Source: Octopus vulgaris
Lineage: Eukaryota
DNA: 248,000 bases
Reading direction: 5' to 3'
Assembly (NCBI GenBank): GCA_951406725.2
Contig: OX597815.1
Span: 35,484,001 to 35,732,000 of the forward strand
Part shown: in pieces, positions 232,324 to 248,000 of the stretch
Layout of the letters: each line of letters opens with the position of its first letter
How positions within the stretch are numbered: position 1 is the first letter of the stretch
Notes under the pieces: model-generated
The model's input: only the letters and a program-made list of their open reading frames with translations
The model's database searches: none
What the model was told of the DNA's origin: nothing
Position numbers and translations under genes: made by a program

Positions 232324-233340
232324 TATATTTTTGTTCAAAGGAAGGCGGCGAGCTGGCAGAAACGATAGCACGCCGGGCGAGGTGCTGAGCGGTGTTTCGT
232401 CTGCCGTTACGTTCTGAGTTCAAATTCCGCTGAGGTCGACTTTGCCTTTCATCCATTCGGGGTCGATAAATTAAGTACCAGTTACGCACTAGGGTCGATG
232501 TAATTGGCCTAATCCGTTTGTCTGTCCTTGTTTGTCCCCTCTATGTTTAGCCCCTTGTAGGCAATAAAGAAATAAGAAACGTTAGCACGCCGGGTAAAAT
232601 GCTTAGCAGTATTTCGTCTGCCGCTACGTTCTGAGTTTAAATTCCGCCGAGGTCGGCTTTGCCTTTCATCCTTTCGGGGTCGATAAATTAAGTATCAGTT
232701 ACGCACTGGGGTCGATGTAATCGACTTAATCCCTTTGTCTCTCCTTGTTTGTCCCTCTGTGTTTAGCCCCTTCTGGGTAGTAAAGAAATAGGTATTTCGT
232801 CTGTCGTAACGTTTTGAGTTCAAATTCTGCCAAGGTCGACTTTGCCTTTCATCCTCTCGGAGTCGATTAAATAAGTACCAGTTACGCACTGGGGTCGATA
232901 TAATCGACTTAATCCCTTTGTCTCTCCTTGTTTGTCCCCTCTGTGTTTAGCCCCTTCTGGGTAGTAAAGAAATAGGTATTTCGTTTGTCGTTACGTTCTG
233001 AGTTCAAATTCCGCCGAGGTCGACTTTGCCTTTCATCCTCTCGGGGTCGATTAAATAAGTACCAGTTACGCACTGGGGTCGGTATAATCGACTTAATCTG
233101 TTTGTCTCTCCTTGTTTGTCCCCTCTGTGTTTAGCCCCTTGTGGGTAGTAAAGAAATAGGTATTTCGTCTGTCGTTACGCTCTGAGTTCAAATTCTGCCG
233201 AGGTCGACTTTGTCTTTCATCCTTTCGGGGTAGATAAATAAAGTACCAGTTTCGCAATTGGGTCGTTGTAATCGACTTAATCCTTTTGTATGTCCTTGTT
233301 TGTCCCCTCTATGTTTAGCCCCTTGTGAATAATAAAGAAA
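232324..233340 (+). repeat. Head-to-tail concatemer of family A SINEs
   Basis: About five units, most joined at AAAGAAATAG|GTATTTCGT; similar arrays at 120500-121030, 128200-128900 and 173340-173930 (-). Confidence 0.85.
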
Positions 233341-235154
233341 TATATATTTTTGTTCAAATTTTAATTTATTTTATTTTTTTCTTGGATTTAATGATTGTAT
233401 ATGACCCTAGGTTAGTTCGGATCGAACGGATTTATGATCAAAAATATTCCAACTGCAAGAGCACCGACACTTTTTTCTCAGATATTGTTTATCCTTGGCT
233501 TACCTTATTTAATGTATCCTTCCTCGCATGGCTTTTAAGATAATAGGCAAGATCGGCGCGGGCAGGATGTTATCTATTTCTTTACTACCCACAAGGGGCT
233601 AAACACAGAGGGGACAAACACATACAGACAAACGGATTAAGTCGATTACATCGACCCCAGTGCGTAACTGGTACTTAATTTATCGACCCCGAAAGGATGA
233701 AAGGCAAAGTCGACCTCGGCGGAATTTGAACTCAGAACGTAGCGGCAGATGAAATACGATTACGCATTTCGCCCGGCGTGCCAACGTTTCCGCCAGCTCG
233801 CCGCCTTCCGGGAGGATTTTATCTCCAGCAAGTCGAACGACAACGTTGAGGTTCCTTCGAGGGCTCTGCTTTTTTTTTTGTTGATGTTCTTTTCATTAAT
233901 TTTGTTTTACAGTTATTTTACGACAGACGAGCCTAATATTCTTAGTCATGATCATTCTGTCTAGAGACAAATTCATATATTCTATTAAAATATATTTCAA
234001 TAGAATACATGTCACGAGGACTTTTTTCAGCTATTATTTTTTCCACTATAACTATTCCACTATGTAAAAAGTCCGACTCGGTGCAGTCACCAAAGTGGAA
234101 ACACTAAAACTAATGTTTTTAAAGTTAATAATTGACAAAATAACACATCATAGCTTTTTAATATTGTTTTAAATATGCTATGCCGGGCAAAATGCTTGGC
234201 GACATTTCCTCCGCCTTTACAATCTAAGTTCAAATTCCGCCAAGGTCGACTTTGCCTTTCTTCCTTTCCGGGTCGATAAAATAAGTACTAGTCGAGCACT
234301 GGGTGAATCTAATTGATTTAACTCCTCCTCCGAAATTTCTGGTCCTGCGCAAAAATTTGAAATTAATATTTTAAAATATGCCGTTGTTTTTTTTTTTAAT
234401 AAAATTTTCATTAAATATCTAGTATATTTATACAATGATACAATTTTTCCGCTGTTACGAACAATAGCCGTAGATACACCCCTGAGCACACCCTGAGCAA
234501 GATACACCCCTCACTCCAAAACCTTTCAATATATTGAACTTAGTGTTTGTATCACAAATCATTAGCATACGAAGGAAGTAAAGTGGAAGAATTGTGTTTT
234601 TGTGAATAACAAAAGCTTGCCGAGAGTAATACGTAGACCACACATCCTGTTTGAATGATTTATTATTTTTTATAGTATTTAGCATGCTCAAATAGGAAAT
234701 AAGAGAGATATATAATGGTTTCGAATTTAGACACATGACCGAGAAGTTTAAGAGGAGAAATTAATCAATTCCATCAACTCCATTACATGACCGATACTTT
234801 ATTTTAATGACTTCTTAAAGTTGATAGGCAAGGTTGACCTCGACGAATCTGGACTCAGAACATGAAACTGGTGTGTACCGAAAAGTATATAATGAATGGA
234901 AACACAATAGGTTGTGATACAAGGGTGGAAACACGTGTCAGTATAGGAGAGACGTCTGGAAATTCTCCAAATTTTCTTGGCTATGACACTCCAATGATCC
235001 GGTTAGTGCGCACGCACACACCCGCCCACCCAAACACGCATACACAAAATTTAACATTAAAGATAAAGATGAATTCCGCGTACGTCGCTGCTCAGTGGAG
235101 CCAAATCAATCTATAAGTTATCCCCAAAATAAGAGAAGCCGTTCATTCTTTTTA

Positions 235155-235191
<37 letters not shown>

Positions 235192-235229
235192 TAGTATATT
235201 TTTTATATCGTGCTTTCACTTCACTACCG

Positions 235230-235553
235230 AGCGCAGCTCTGTGTGCCTTAGGTATGTGCTGTGATTTGTTGTGATGCTCTAATGGTTATTGTATGGAAAG
235301 TGTTCTGCGTAGGATGTGTGCAGTGCCTAGTAGTGCAATTTTCTGTATGTTATATGTGTTTGTAAGTCCTGGTGTTTTTGTTATGTATTTGTCTGAATAT
235401 TTTTTTATCATGCCTAATGCACCTACTATGATAGGAATTGTTTCTGTTTTTAGATTCCACATTCTGGTTACTTCTATTTCCAGGTCTTTGTATTTTGAGA
235501 GTTTCTCCATTTCTTTTAGAGACACGTTGTCATCTGCCGGTATTGATACATCA

Positions 235554-235597
<44 letters not shown>

Positions 235598-235839
235598 CAT
235601 TATTATTATTTCTTTTTGTCACAGGTTTTGTTGGAACTCCTGCAGTCTTGTATGCGTAGCGGGTTTGCTACTAGCAGCATACAGTACCATGCTATCCGTT
235701 CTTTTCAGCTATCTAATACTTTCTTGATTATTCTGATCGTGCCAAGGAGACAAACCTTTTATATCAGTTCTACAGGACACTCTATTCCAATTTCCTTGAT
235801 ATCCCTCTTGATTCTTTCTGATACTGTTCCCAAGGACCC

Positions 235840-235916
<77 letters not shown>

Positions 235917-236880
235917 GACGTCGCACAGTATACAATATCGTGAGGTTGTTGATTGGAGATTTCTGTCTACTGGGGGTTTTACTGTTTGTCAAGTCATAAC
236001 AAGGACCTCAGACAGACAGTACTTTACGCAATATGCGTGCAGTTCCAAGTAATGCTGACTTTTGCAATGCATCAAGATTGTAGGGTATTTCTAAGGGTTT
236101 CAGATATCTTTTCAGGCTGGGTGGTATTGAACCCAATGCTCCAATGACAATAGGGATAGACTTTATGTTTGACTCTCGTAGCTGCCACATCTTAGCGATC
236201 TCAATTCTCAGGTCTCCATATTTATCACCTTTTCTCTTTCTTTCAGGATGATATGTTGATCCCCTGGCACTGCCACGTTCATTATTAGGCACTCTTGTTT
236301 GTCTCTCCTAAAGGTTAATATATCCGATCCTCGGTGCTCTAACACCTTGTCTGTCTGGAAATCAAAGTCCCAGAGGATTTTTGCCTTCCCCTTTTCGTCC
236401 ATTACCTTTTTTGGTGTATGTTGGTACCAAGCACCCGTAACCTCATATCCATACTTACGGCATAGTAGCCAGTGGAGGTTTGGGGCTACCTTGTTGTGTC
236501 TATGCTTGTACTCTTTCTGCGTAAGACTTTCACAAGCACTAACAATGTGAGTCACGCTTTTGAACCGCTTCCCACATATTTTGCCGAGGATCGATGCACT
236601 CGTATGGTATATATTCTTTTTCACTGAGTTGGTATTCAATGCATGGTCCTGGACAGCGATGATTAAGCTTTCAGTATTCTTTTTTAGGTCACCCTTGTTG
236701 AGCCACTTCCATGATGCTTCCTGGTCTTTTAATTTGTTGGTTTCACGGTGGAACTGACCATGTAATTCCATACGGAGTAGAGTTTCTTCTTTCTCATTGG
236801 CTGTCCTTGATCGGAATTCATGAGCGCTTCCAAGTTCATTTTTGTTTACTCCTTCTGCACCAGCAGCATATTATATCCAG
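235230..236880 (-). mobile_element. R4/Dong-like RLE LINE 3' fragments interleaved with (ATT)n
   Basis: ELHGQFHR, WKWLNKGDLKKNTES, THIVSAC, KHRHNKV, KILWDFDFQTD, IPIVIGALG, QKIALLGTAHILRR. Confidence 0.88.
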
Positions 236881-237098
236881 GCCATGCATAAGTTTTTTGG
236901 TACCGTTTACAGTTCTTCATTATAACCTTGATGAAATAACCGAAATACAACTACTTCAACAAAAAATAACTTCCAAAATACAGAATTTTATCAACAACGC
237001 TTAGAGTAAAAGATGTTTTGTGACACATTCTACTAGTATACGAAGTTTGAAAGTGTTTATATATATATATATACATACATATATAAACGCACATGACC

Positions 237099-237171
<73 letters not shown>

Positions 237172-238270
237172 CGTGTGCACAAGCATGTGGCTGTGCAATA
237201 AGAAGTTTGCTCCTCAACCACATGGCTCCAGGTACCGTCCCACGGCGTGACACCTCGATCAGATGTCTTCTACTGTTGCAACGGTTAAACCAAAGCGCTG
237301 TGGGCGGATTTGGTAGGCGGAAATTGAAGGAAACCCATCATACAAATATATATATTTATATATATATCCCGAGGAAGGTCTTAGGGTTTCCGCAGCCACC
237401 TACCCTTCGTGCCCAAGTCAATATAGACTTGTACAGCTTACGGAAAAGAGCTGTCTCCATAAAAGCGTCACCAGGGTGGACCGTCTCTCCCCGCCTGCCT
237501 TCGCTACTGATGCATGCACGCGCACATACATACAAACATATATACATACTTGCATACATACATACATACATACATACATACATACATACCTGTAAAGGCA
237601 GATATACACACATATATACACACACATACATACATACGTGCATACATACAGACAAACCTTCGTATACACACACACACACATACACATATATATAGGCAAA
237701 AATATACACACATACACGCATACATACATGCATATATACACACATACACACATACATACTTACATACATACATACACATACATACACAAATACATACAAA
237801 CAGCCATACGTATATGCATGTATACATACACACATACATACATACATAATTCATACATACATACATACATACATACATACATACATACATACATACATAC
237901 ATACATACATACATACATGCATACATATCCAATCCATCACTGGAACTGTATTTGTGTTTGTACGTATGCAATTATGCATGTATATGTGTTTGTGTGTATG
238001 TATATTTTTTTAATTCTATTATTTGTTTCAGTCATTTGACTGTGGCCATGCTGGAGCACTGCCTTTAGTCAAGCAAAACGACCCCCCAGGATTTATTCTT
238101 TGTAAGCCTAGTACTTATTCTATTGGTTTCTCTTGCCGAAACGCTAAGTGACGGGGACGTAAACACACCAGCATCGATTGTCAGGCGATGTTGAGGGGGG
238201 TGCAAACACAGACACACAAACATATGCATACACACACACACACGCACACACATACACACACACAAATACA

Positions 238271-238328
<58 letters not shown>

Positions 238329-238512
238329 CGACGAGCTTCTTTCAGTTTCCGTCTACCAAATCCACTCACAAGGCTTTGGTCGGTACAAGGCTATAGTAGA
238401 AGACACTTGCCCAAGGTGCTACGCAGTGGGACTGAACCCGGAACCATATGGTTGGTAAGGTAGCTACTTACCACACAGCCACGTGCCTATATATATAGAG
238501 AGATAGATAGAT

Positions 238513-238599
<87 letters not shown>

Positions 238600-239439
238600 C
238601 ACACACATATATATGTACATGTATATGTATATATATATATATATAAATTAAAAATACACACACACTCATGTATGCATGTATGTATGTATGTATGTATGTA
238701 TGTATGTATGTATGTATGTATGTGTGTATGTATGTATGTATGTATGTATGTAAAACTTTCCAGAAGTTTATCATTTACGTATATGAGCATGTCTAGACAT
238801 ACAGCTATATGCATGAGAATACATATATAAAGCAAAATATACAAATCTGCTCACACACACACACACATACATACATACATACATACATACATACATACAT
238901 ACATACATACATACATACATACAATCATACATACATACAATCATACATACATACATACATACATACATACATACATACATACATACATACATACATACAT
239001 ACATACATACATACATACATACATACCCTGTTGTTGATATCGAAATGTCAATGAAAGAGCCTTGAATCTAGGTTAGAAGTCGGCTCCTTTTCTATTCGCA
239101 AGAAATCTTGAAATATAACTGAATAATGACATACGTAACATAACATAACACGAACAATTTTATTGATTTCGGACGACAGCTCTCTAACAATCAGGCAAAA
239201 GTTCAGAGTATACAGTGCGTGAATCTTACGTCATCAATTATTCGACAAATAACAAAAATCTTTTCTAAGCAGATGAACAAACATCCGTGAGAAGTTTTTA
239301 AACCGCAAATACTTAATACACAGTAGTAGATAAAAAGGTGCAGTAATTTTTCTGTGAAAATTACGACATAATTATTTTCACTGCTTTTATATTGTAGAAG
239401 TGGGAAAATCTTAACATGAAGGCTAGAATTTCCACGCGC

Positions 239440-241850
<2,411 letters not shown>

Positions 241851-242026
241851 CTTGTGCCCATAGTAGAAAGAACTATTATTCTCCATCTCGTTCATTATAT
241901 ACAAGTATGTGTGACTTCATCTTTATTTTATTTATCTTATTCAATTTTAGGAAAATTGAAGCACGATTTTAACAATTCCGGAGTGTATTGAAATTATTTT
242001 GTGCGTGATCTTTTACCAAGCCTGTA

Positions 242027-242069
<43 letters not shown>

Positions 242070-242274
242070 ATGTTGATTCGCTAGCTTCTGCACGCATTTT
242101 TTTTCTCTCCTTGTTTCTCTCCGTGTTTCTTTTCTGTGTATCTTTCTGTTGAAGAGCGTAGACTCGAAACGTAAAAGACTTGTTTTATTTATATTCCTGA
242201 GCGCCATACTAATACAATTGTTTGTTTGTATTCCACCTGCCTTCGTCTTTTGTTTATTTTCATAAAGCTTCCCG

Positions 242275-242375
<101 letters not shown>

Positions 242376-242399
242376 CGAACTATGTAAAGGTATAGTTAC

Positions 242400-243560
242400 T
242401 TTGTGGTTAATACCTTGGACCAATCTATAACGGACTTGCTATTGCCCTTTATCCGTAAATCTAATTCCCTATCTAACTTGTTTAGAATAGAATCTAAGAT
242501 ACTCTTACTAATAATTCCAATTTCCAGCTTTGCTGGGTGAATTAGTCTGCATTTGTGGTTTCTACTAAAATTGGCTTTGTGGTCCATTAGGGTAATAAAG
242601 GGCAGACGTAGGGGAAAGTATTCGATCCTATCACTAACTTTAAGGTTGGTAGCGATTTCGATATTCATCTCTTTATATCAGTTAGTACATACATACATAT
242701 ATACATACATACATACATACATACATACATACATACATACATACATACATACATACATACAAACATACATACAAACATACATGCATGCATGCATACATAC
242801 ATACAAACATACATACAAACATGCATACATACATACATACGTACAAACATACAAACATACATACAAACATACATGCATACATACATACATACATACATAC
242901 ATACATACATACATACATACGTACGTACGTACGTACATACATACATACATACATACATACGTACATACGTACATACAAACATACATACATACATACATAC
243001 ATGCATGCATACATACATACATACATACATACATACATACATACATACATACATACATACATACGTACATACGTACATACAAACATACATACATACATAC
243101 ATACATGCATGCATACATACATACATACATACATACATACATACATACGTCCGTACGTACGTACATACATACATACATACATACATACATACAAACATAC
243201 ATACATACATACATACATACATACATACATACATACATACATACATACGTACGTACGTACATACATACATACATACATACATACATACATACATACATAC
243301 ATACATACATACATACATACATACATACATACATACATACATACATACATACATACATACATACATACATACATACATACATACATACATACATACATAC
243401 ATACATACATACATACATACATACATACATACATACGTACATACATACATAAGTTAGTATTTGCTTTTTTATAAGTGTCTGTAATGTTAGAAAGTAGTCG
243501 TTTGTAAAGATTTTTTTCTACAGCATGGAGGTCTTTTGTTTTGTGGGGCTTCACGAAAAT
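242400..243560 (-). mobile_element. Penelope-like RT N-terminal fragment split by a ~780-bp (CATA)n tract
   Basis: LLSNITDTYKKANTN | (CATA)n | NIEIATNLKVSDRIEY..PFITLMDHKANF..CRLIHPAKLEIGIISK. Confidence 0.7.
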
Positions 243561-243606
243561 CTTATTCCGTCAAGATAGACTGTGTGTGTTTGTGTGTGTG
243601 TGTTTT

Positions 243607-243655
<49 letters not shown>

Positions 243656-243668
243656 TTGTGTGTGTGTT

Positions 243669-243725
<57 letters not shown>

Positions 243726-243737
243726 GTTTGTGTGTTT

Positions 243738-243771
<34 letters not shown>

Positions 243772-243838
243772 TTGTTTGTGTGTGTGTGTTTGCGTGCGTG
243801 TATGTTTGTTTGTGTGTGTGTGTTTGTGTGTGTGTGTT

Positions 243839-243898
<60 letters not shown>

Positions 243899-243910
243899 TG
243901 TGTGTGCGCG

Positions 243911-243970
<60 letters not shown>

Positions 243971-244403
243971 TGTGTGTGCGTAACGACAAAGATTTAAATA
244001 TAAATGTCATAATGCAGAGGAGAAATGATTAAGAAACAATATTTGATTGATTATTAATATGGCCTTTTATTAAGATTGATCGTAATATAAGTCGTTACAA
244101 CATAAAATTAACGACGTCGTCGCGTCATTGTGTGTGCTCAAGTTATTTGTTTGTTGCAGTGATGTATTTTCTGTAGCTTCTCTGCGACTACCGCGCAGAA
244201 AGACAAACGAATAACTGTTTTTATAATTAGAGACACTGATAATTCTATTATCATGCATCACTCTTTGATTAGAGACCGGCCGTTGCCCTTGGTTTGGCGT
244301 CGCATTTACTAAAGAAAAAGACTGCCATAGGTTTTTGTTTTTAGAATGTTGCTAATTAAAATAGGTCAAGCTAAAAACAATAGATTTAAGATTTGCTTGA
244401 CTC

Positions 244404-244451
<48 letters not shown>

Positions 244452-247396
244452 TCTTTTACTTGTTTCAGTCATTTGACTGCGGCCATGCTGGAGCACCGCC
244501 TTTAATCGAGAAACTCGACCCCGGGACTTATTCTTTTGAAAGCCCAGTACTTATTCTATCGGTCTCTTTTGCCGAACCGCTAAGTAACGGGGACATAAAC
244601 ACACCAGCATCGGTTGTCAAGCAATGCTAGGGGGACAAACACAGACACACAAACACACACACGCATATATATATATATACATATATACGACGGGCTTCTT
244701 TCAGTTTCCGTTTACCAAATCCACTCACAAGGCTTTGGTCGGCCCGAGGCTATAGTAGAAGACACTTGCTCAAGGTGCCACGCAGTGGGACTGAACCCGG
244801 AACCATGTGGTTGGTAAACAAGCTACTTACCACACAACCACTCCTGCGCCTATACATACATACATACATAAGTTAGTATTTGCTTTTTTATAAGTGTCTG
244901 TAATATTAGAAAGAAGTCGTTTGTAAAGAGCTGGTCATAAAGAGAAGTCGTTTGTAATGCTGGTCATAAATAAAGTGAGAAGACTCTTTAGTTTAAGTCA
245001 AGACAGCTGTGAGTTTGCAAATATATGAGTTAGTATGTACATACATGAAGGTTCATATGCGGATATCACATCATCTGTGTCCAAACACTTGCGCCCTATC
245101 GTCTCAGTCTGCACAACAACTAAACCGGGATGGTGCTACGTCTACATCGCATCCCAAAAAAGGACCACTCGAATGAATGGAATGAAGTCGTTCATCAACA
245201 CACACCAGTCTTTAACCTTCACACGTACTGGTCTCCATGTTATGCTTTTTCTATCATTATTACAATAGTAATCTTGAAATCTCTCAATGCACATATTTTC
245301 CCCCTTGCAGCTGTCTACTTTTAACTGTCGTTGAAGACTATAGGAACAGTCGCTTTCCAGCCGCCACAAAAACAGCATACGGCTATGCCTGTATTTGACA
245401 AGCTCTTATATAACCAACCAAGAAGTCAACGTCTGTTTGTTGTCATTCACTGTTGTGTATCTGCAACCGAAATTCTTGATTCGCACACAGCCCTGCAAAC
245501 TAGAGCTACAGGTTAGAAACGAATCGCCTCTCGAAATATTGGAAGCACTGTGATTTAATTGGTAGCTTTCTGTTAAGTTTAATTTATCTTGTTATAACCA
245601 AAAGACAAGAATCTTGAACATCCAGGGACTTATGAAACCATCCACACAAACACACACGCACATAATTATACTTTGTCTAATTTTATTGTAAATTTAGCAA
245701 AGTTTTGCGAAAAATAACTTCATTACGTAACATAGATTTAACCAGCTCCGGGGCGATGGAAGACAAAGCTCAACATTCATGCAGGATTTAAAAATCAGTG
245801 TATGGATAAATAAACTAAATTGCTAAGGCACTGAACTGCTGACTTATTGATTACGAGTACAATCCCTCGGTAGATATTGCCTGCAAGACAATTCTACATT
245901 GAATCAGCTCACTTTGCTGTTACCCGGTATTTCTTGGTAAATAACGAACGAGTGAGTAAGATTAGAGTGTTAATCGCCGAGGAATTTGTTGATTGTTTGC
246001 TTGATGTTTAGGAGACCGGATGTAGATATCAGCCCTATTGGCTTGTGGTCGAGTTACTCGCATTGACAAACCGATCTTTCCCATTATATGTAATTAACTC
246101 TTTAGCTTACCCTATCAAATTTAATAATGCTTTTTTATTTACATTGTTTTGATTTAATCCTGCATTTATCTCACAGCTTCGAGATTTTAATGATGTAATT
246201 GTTTTTATTTTTAGAACGACACTGTAGGTAGGTGTGAGAGGCCTGATCTGGTCGGTTTGAACATAAAAGGCTGAATCTGACCAGTTAAAATGCTAGAGGT
246301 ATAAAAGTACTCAGAATCAAATATTTTTGACCATGGGAAAACAACACAACAGAAGTGGAGATATTCGAGCCATTCATTTGACGTTTCGACAAATTAGTCC
246401 GCAACTTTATCGATTCGGCCAACAAATTTCAGTTCTCATAAAAATCCAGTTAATCTGCATGACTGCATTGCATCGAGAATCAAAATCACGAAATTTTCTT
246501 AAGTAGTGTAGTGATATTCTTTTCTACTCTAGGAACAAGGCCCGAAATTTTGGGGGAGGGGGCCAGTCGATTAGATCGACTCCAGTACACAACTGGTACT
246601 TCATTTATCGACCCCGAAAGGATGAAAGGCAAAAGAGCGTAAAGACAGACGAAATGCCGCTAAGCATTTCACCCGGCGTGCTAACGATTCTGACTGCTCG
246701 CCGCCTTAAAAAATGTGTATATTTTTTTCTACTCTATGCCTGAAATTTGTGGGGAGGCGGCCAGTCGATTAGATCGACTCCAGTACACAACTGGTACTTA
246801 ATTTATCGACCCCGAAAGGATGAAAGGCAAAAGTCGACCTCGGCGGTATTTGAAAGTAGTGTAGTGATGTCTTAAGTATGTAGTGGATGTAGCGATGGAG
246901 ATAGTAGTGGTATTGGAAGTGGTTGTGATGGTGGTGGTAGTGGTAGTTATAGTAGTAGTGGTGGAAGATGTAGTTGTAGTAGTGATTGTTGATTTTGTGT
247001 AAACCAGGGCAGACCTGATTGATAACACCTATAATCAAAGGCATTCCAGCTACATGAAATGATTATATGCACCAAGTGAGTAGCATAAACACAAAATAGT
247101 ATTAATTGAAATGACCCCTTATTTTAAGTTCTATTATCCATCTTGTAGGTAGTTAAGTTCTTCCTTTGTTGACTTCTAGAAGGACGGATGCAAGAAAGAA
247201 ATATAAAGAGTAAAATAATTTGAACAAGTAGAGAGGCTGAAAGTTGTGTAGTCGCACGCTGACAAGTCATACATGAAGTGAGAAAAATAGAGATGTGGTC
247301 TTTTTGGTCAGGGGCCAAGTGAAGGAGGTAAGAACCGAATTTGGGTTCCTTACTTATATTTTCTAACGAAATTAGGTCAGGCTAAATAAAGGATTT

Positions 247397-248000
247397 GGAT
247401 CTTTACCTTTTGACCTACAGATTTAAATAATAATTTTTTGTAACTAAACACCTTCAAACTCCGTATAGTGGTAGAATGTGTCATATAAAACACCATTACC
247501 TCTTAGCGTTTTTGAGAAAAGTTTATGTTTACAAAGTTATTTCGTGTTGAAATTCTCGTATTTCGCTAATTTCAACCAATCAATGACGTGTATTCAGCTG
247601 AATAAAATTACTACCGTTGTTTGTCAACAACAACTATCGGCGGCGTATTTTTCATTTGTCACTGTTATTTATGACATTGTTCGTGCGTTTGTACTGGTTT
247701 TAGCTTTAAGGTTTTAGGATTAGGGTTAGGGTTTTAGGGTTAGGGTTAGGTTTTTAGAGTTAGGGTTAAGGTTTTAGGGTTAGGGTTTGGGTTTTAGAGT
247801 TAGGGTTGTAATAAATAACAGTGACAAACGAAATATGCACCGCCGGAAGTTCTTGTTGACAAACAACAGCAGTAATTTTATTCAGCTGAATACACGTCAT
247901 TGATTGGTTGAAATTACCGAAATACGAGAACTTCAACACGAAATAATTTTGTAAACATAAACCTTTCTCAAAAACACTAAGAGTAAATGGTATTTTTATA
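247397..248000. mobile_element. MITE with long TIRs and a degenerate (TTAGGG)n core, truncated by the window end
   Basis: Arms 247480-247670 and 247810-248000 are reverse complements; core 247700-247806 is TTAGGG/TTTTAGGG/TTAGAG. Confidence 0.8.

Noticed and set aside
247700-247806. True chromosome telomere
   Set aside because: Short, degenerate and enclosed by MITE inverted arms.

Overview
Eukaryotic, repeat-saturated genomic DNA; the SINE, LINE and microsatellite content suggests a cephalopod mollusc (Octopus-like), which is an inference. It is not prokaryotic and I see no CRISPR array. I reconstructed three nuclear genes for mitochondrial proteins by hand from splice sites and motifs: WARS2 (7 coding exons, 40672-54763 +), MRPL49 (single coding exon, 61615-62184 -) and PYROXD2 (16 coding exons, 69937-106376 +). 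There is also a probable last exon of an unidentified gene (1748-1864 +) and an orphan intronless 208-aa ORF (208307-208933 +). The rest is transposon debris (RTE, CR1, R4/Dong, R2-like, Tx1-like and Penelope retroelements; mariner, Tigger, piggyBac, Merlin, Helitron; several tRNA-derived SINE families), MITEs, minisatellites and microsatellites, which generate almost all of the ORF track. Two leads stand out. (1) At least three families of short non-coding elements, mostly embedded in (TA)n, carry type I hammerhead-ribozyme folds with palindromic stem III; one is a 587-bp head-to-tail repeat with a ribozyme at each end (retrozyme/circRNA-like) and one is fused to a tRNA-like Pol III head. (2) The orphan ORF has a CRE, a CArG-like box and a TATA box upstream, AU-rich elements downstream, and two PKI-type PKA pseudosubstrate motifs (RRNAL) plus an NES-like segment, so it is a candidate cAMP-induced PKA feedback inhibitor. 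All structure and homology calls were made by eye and are untested.
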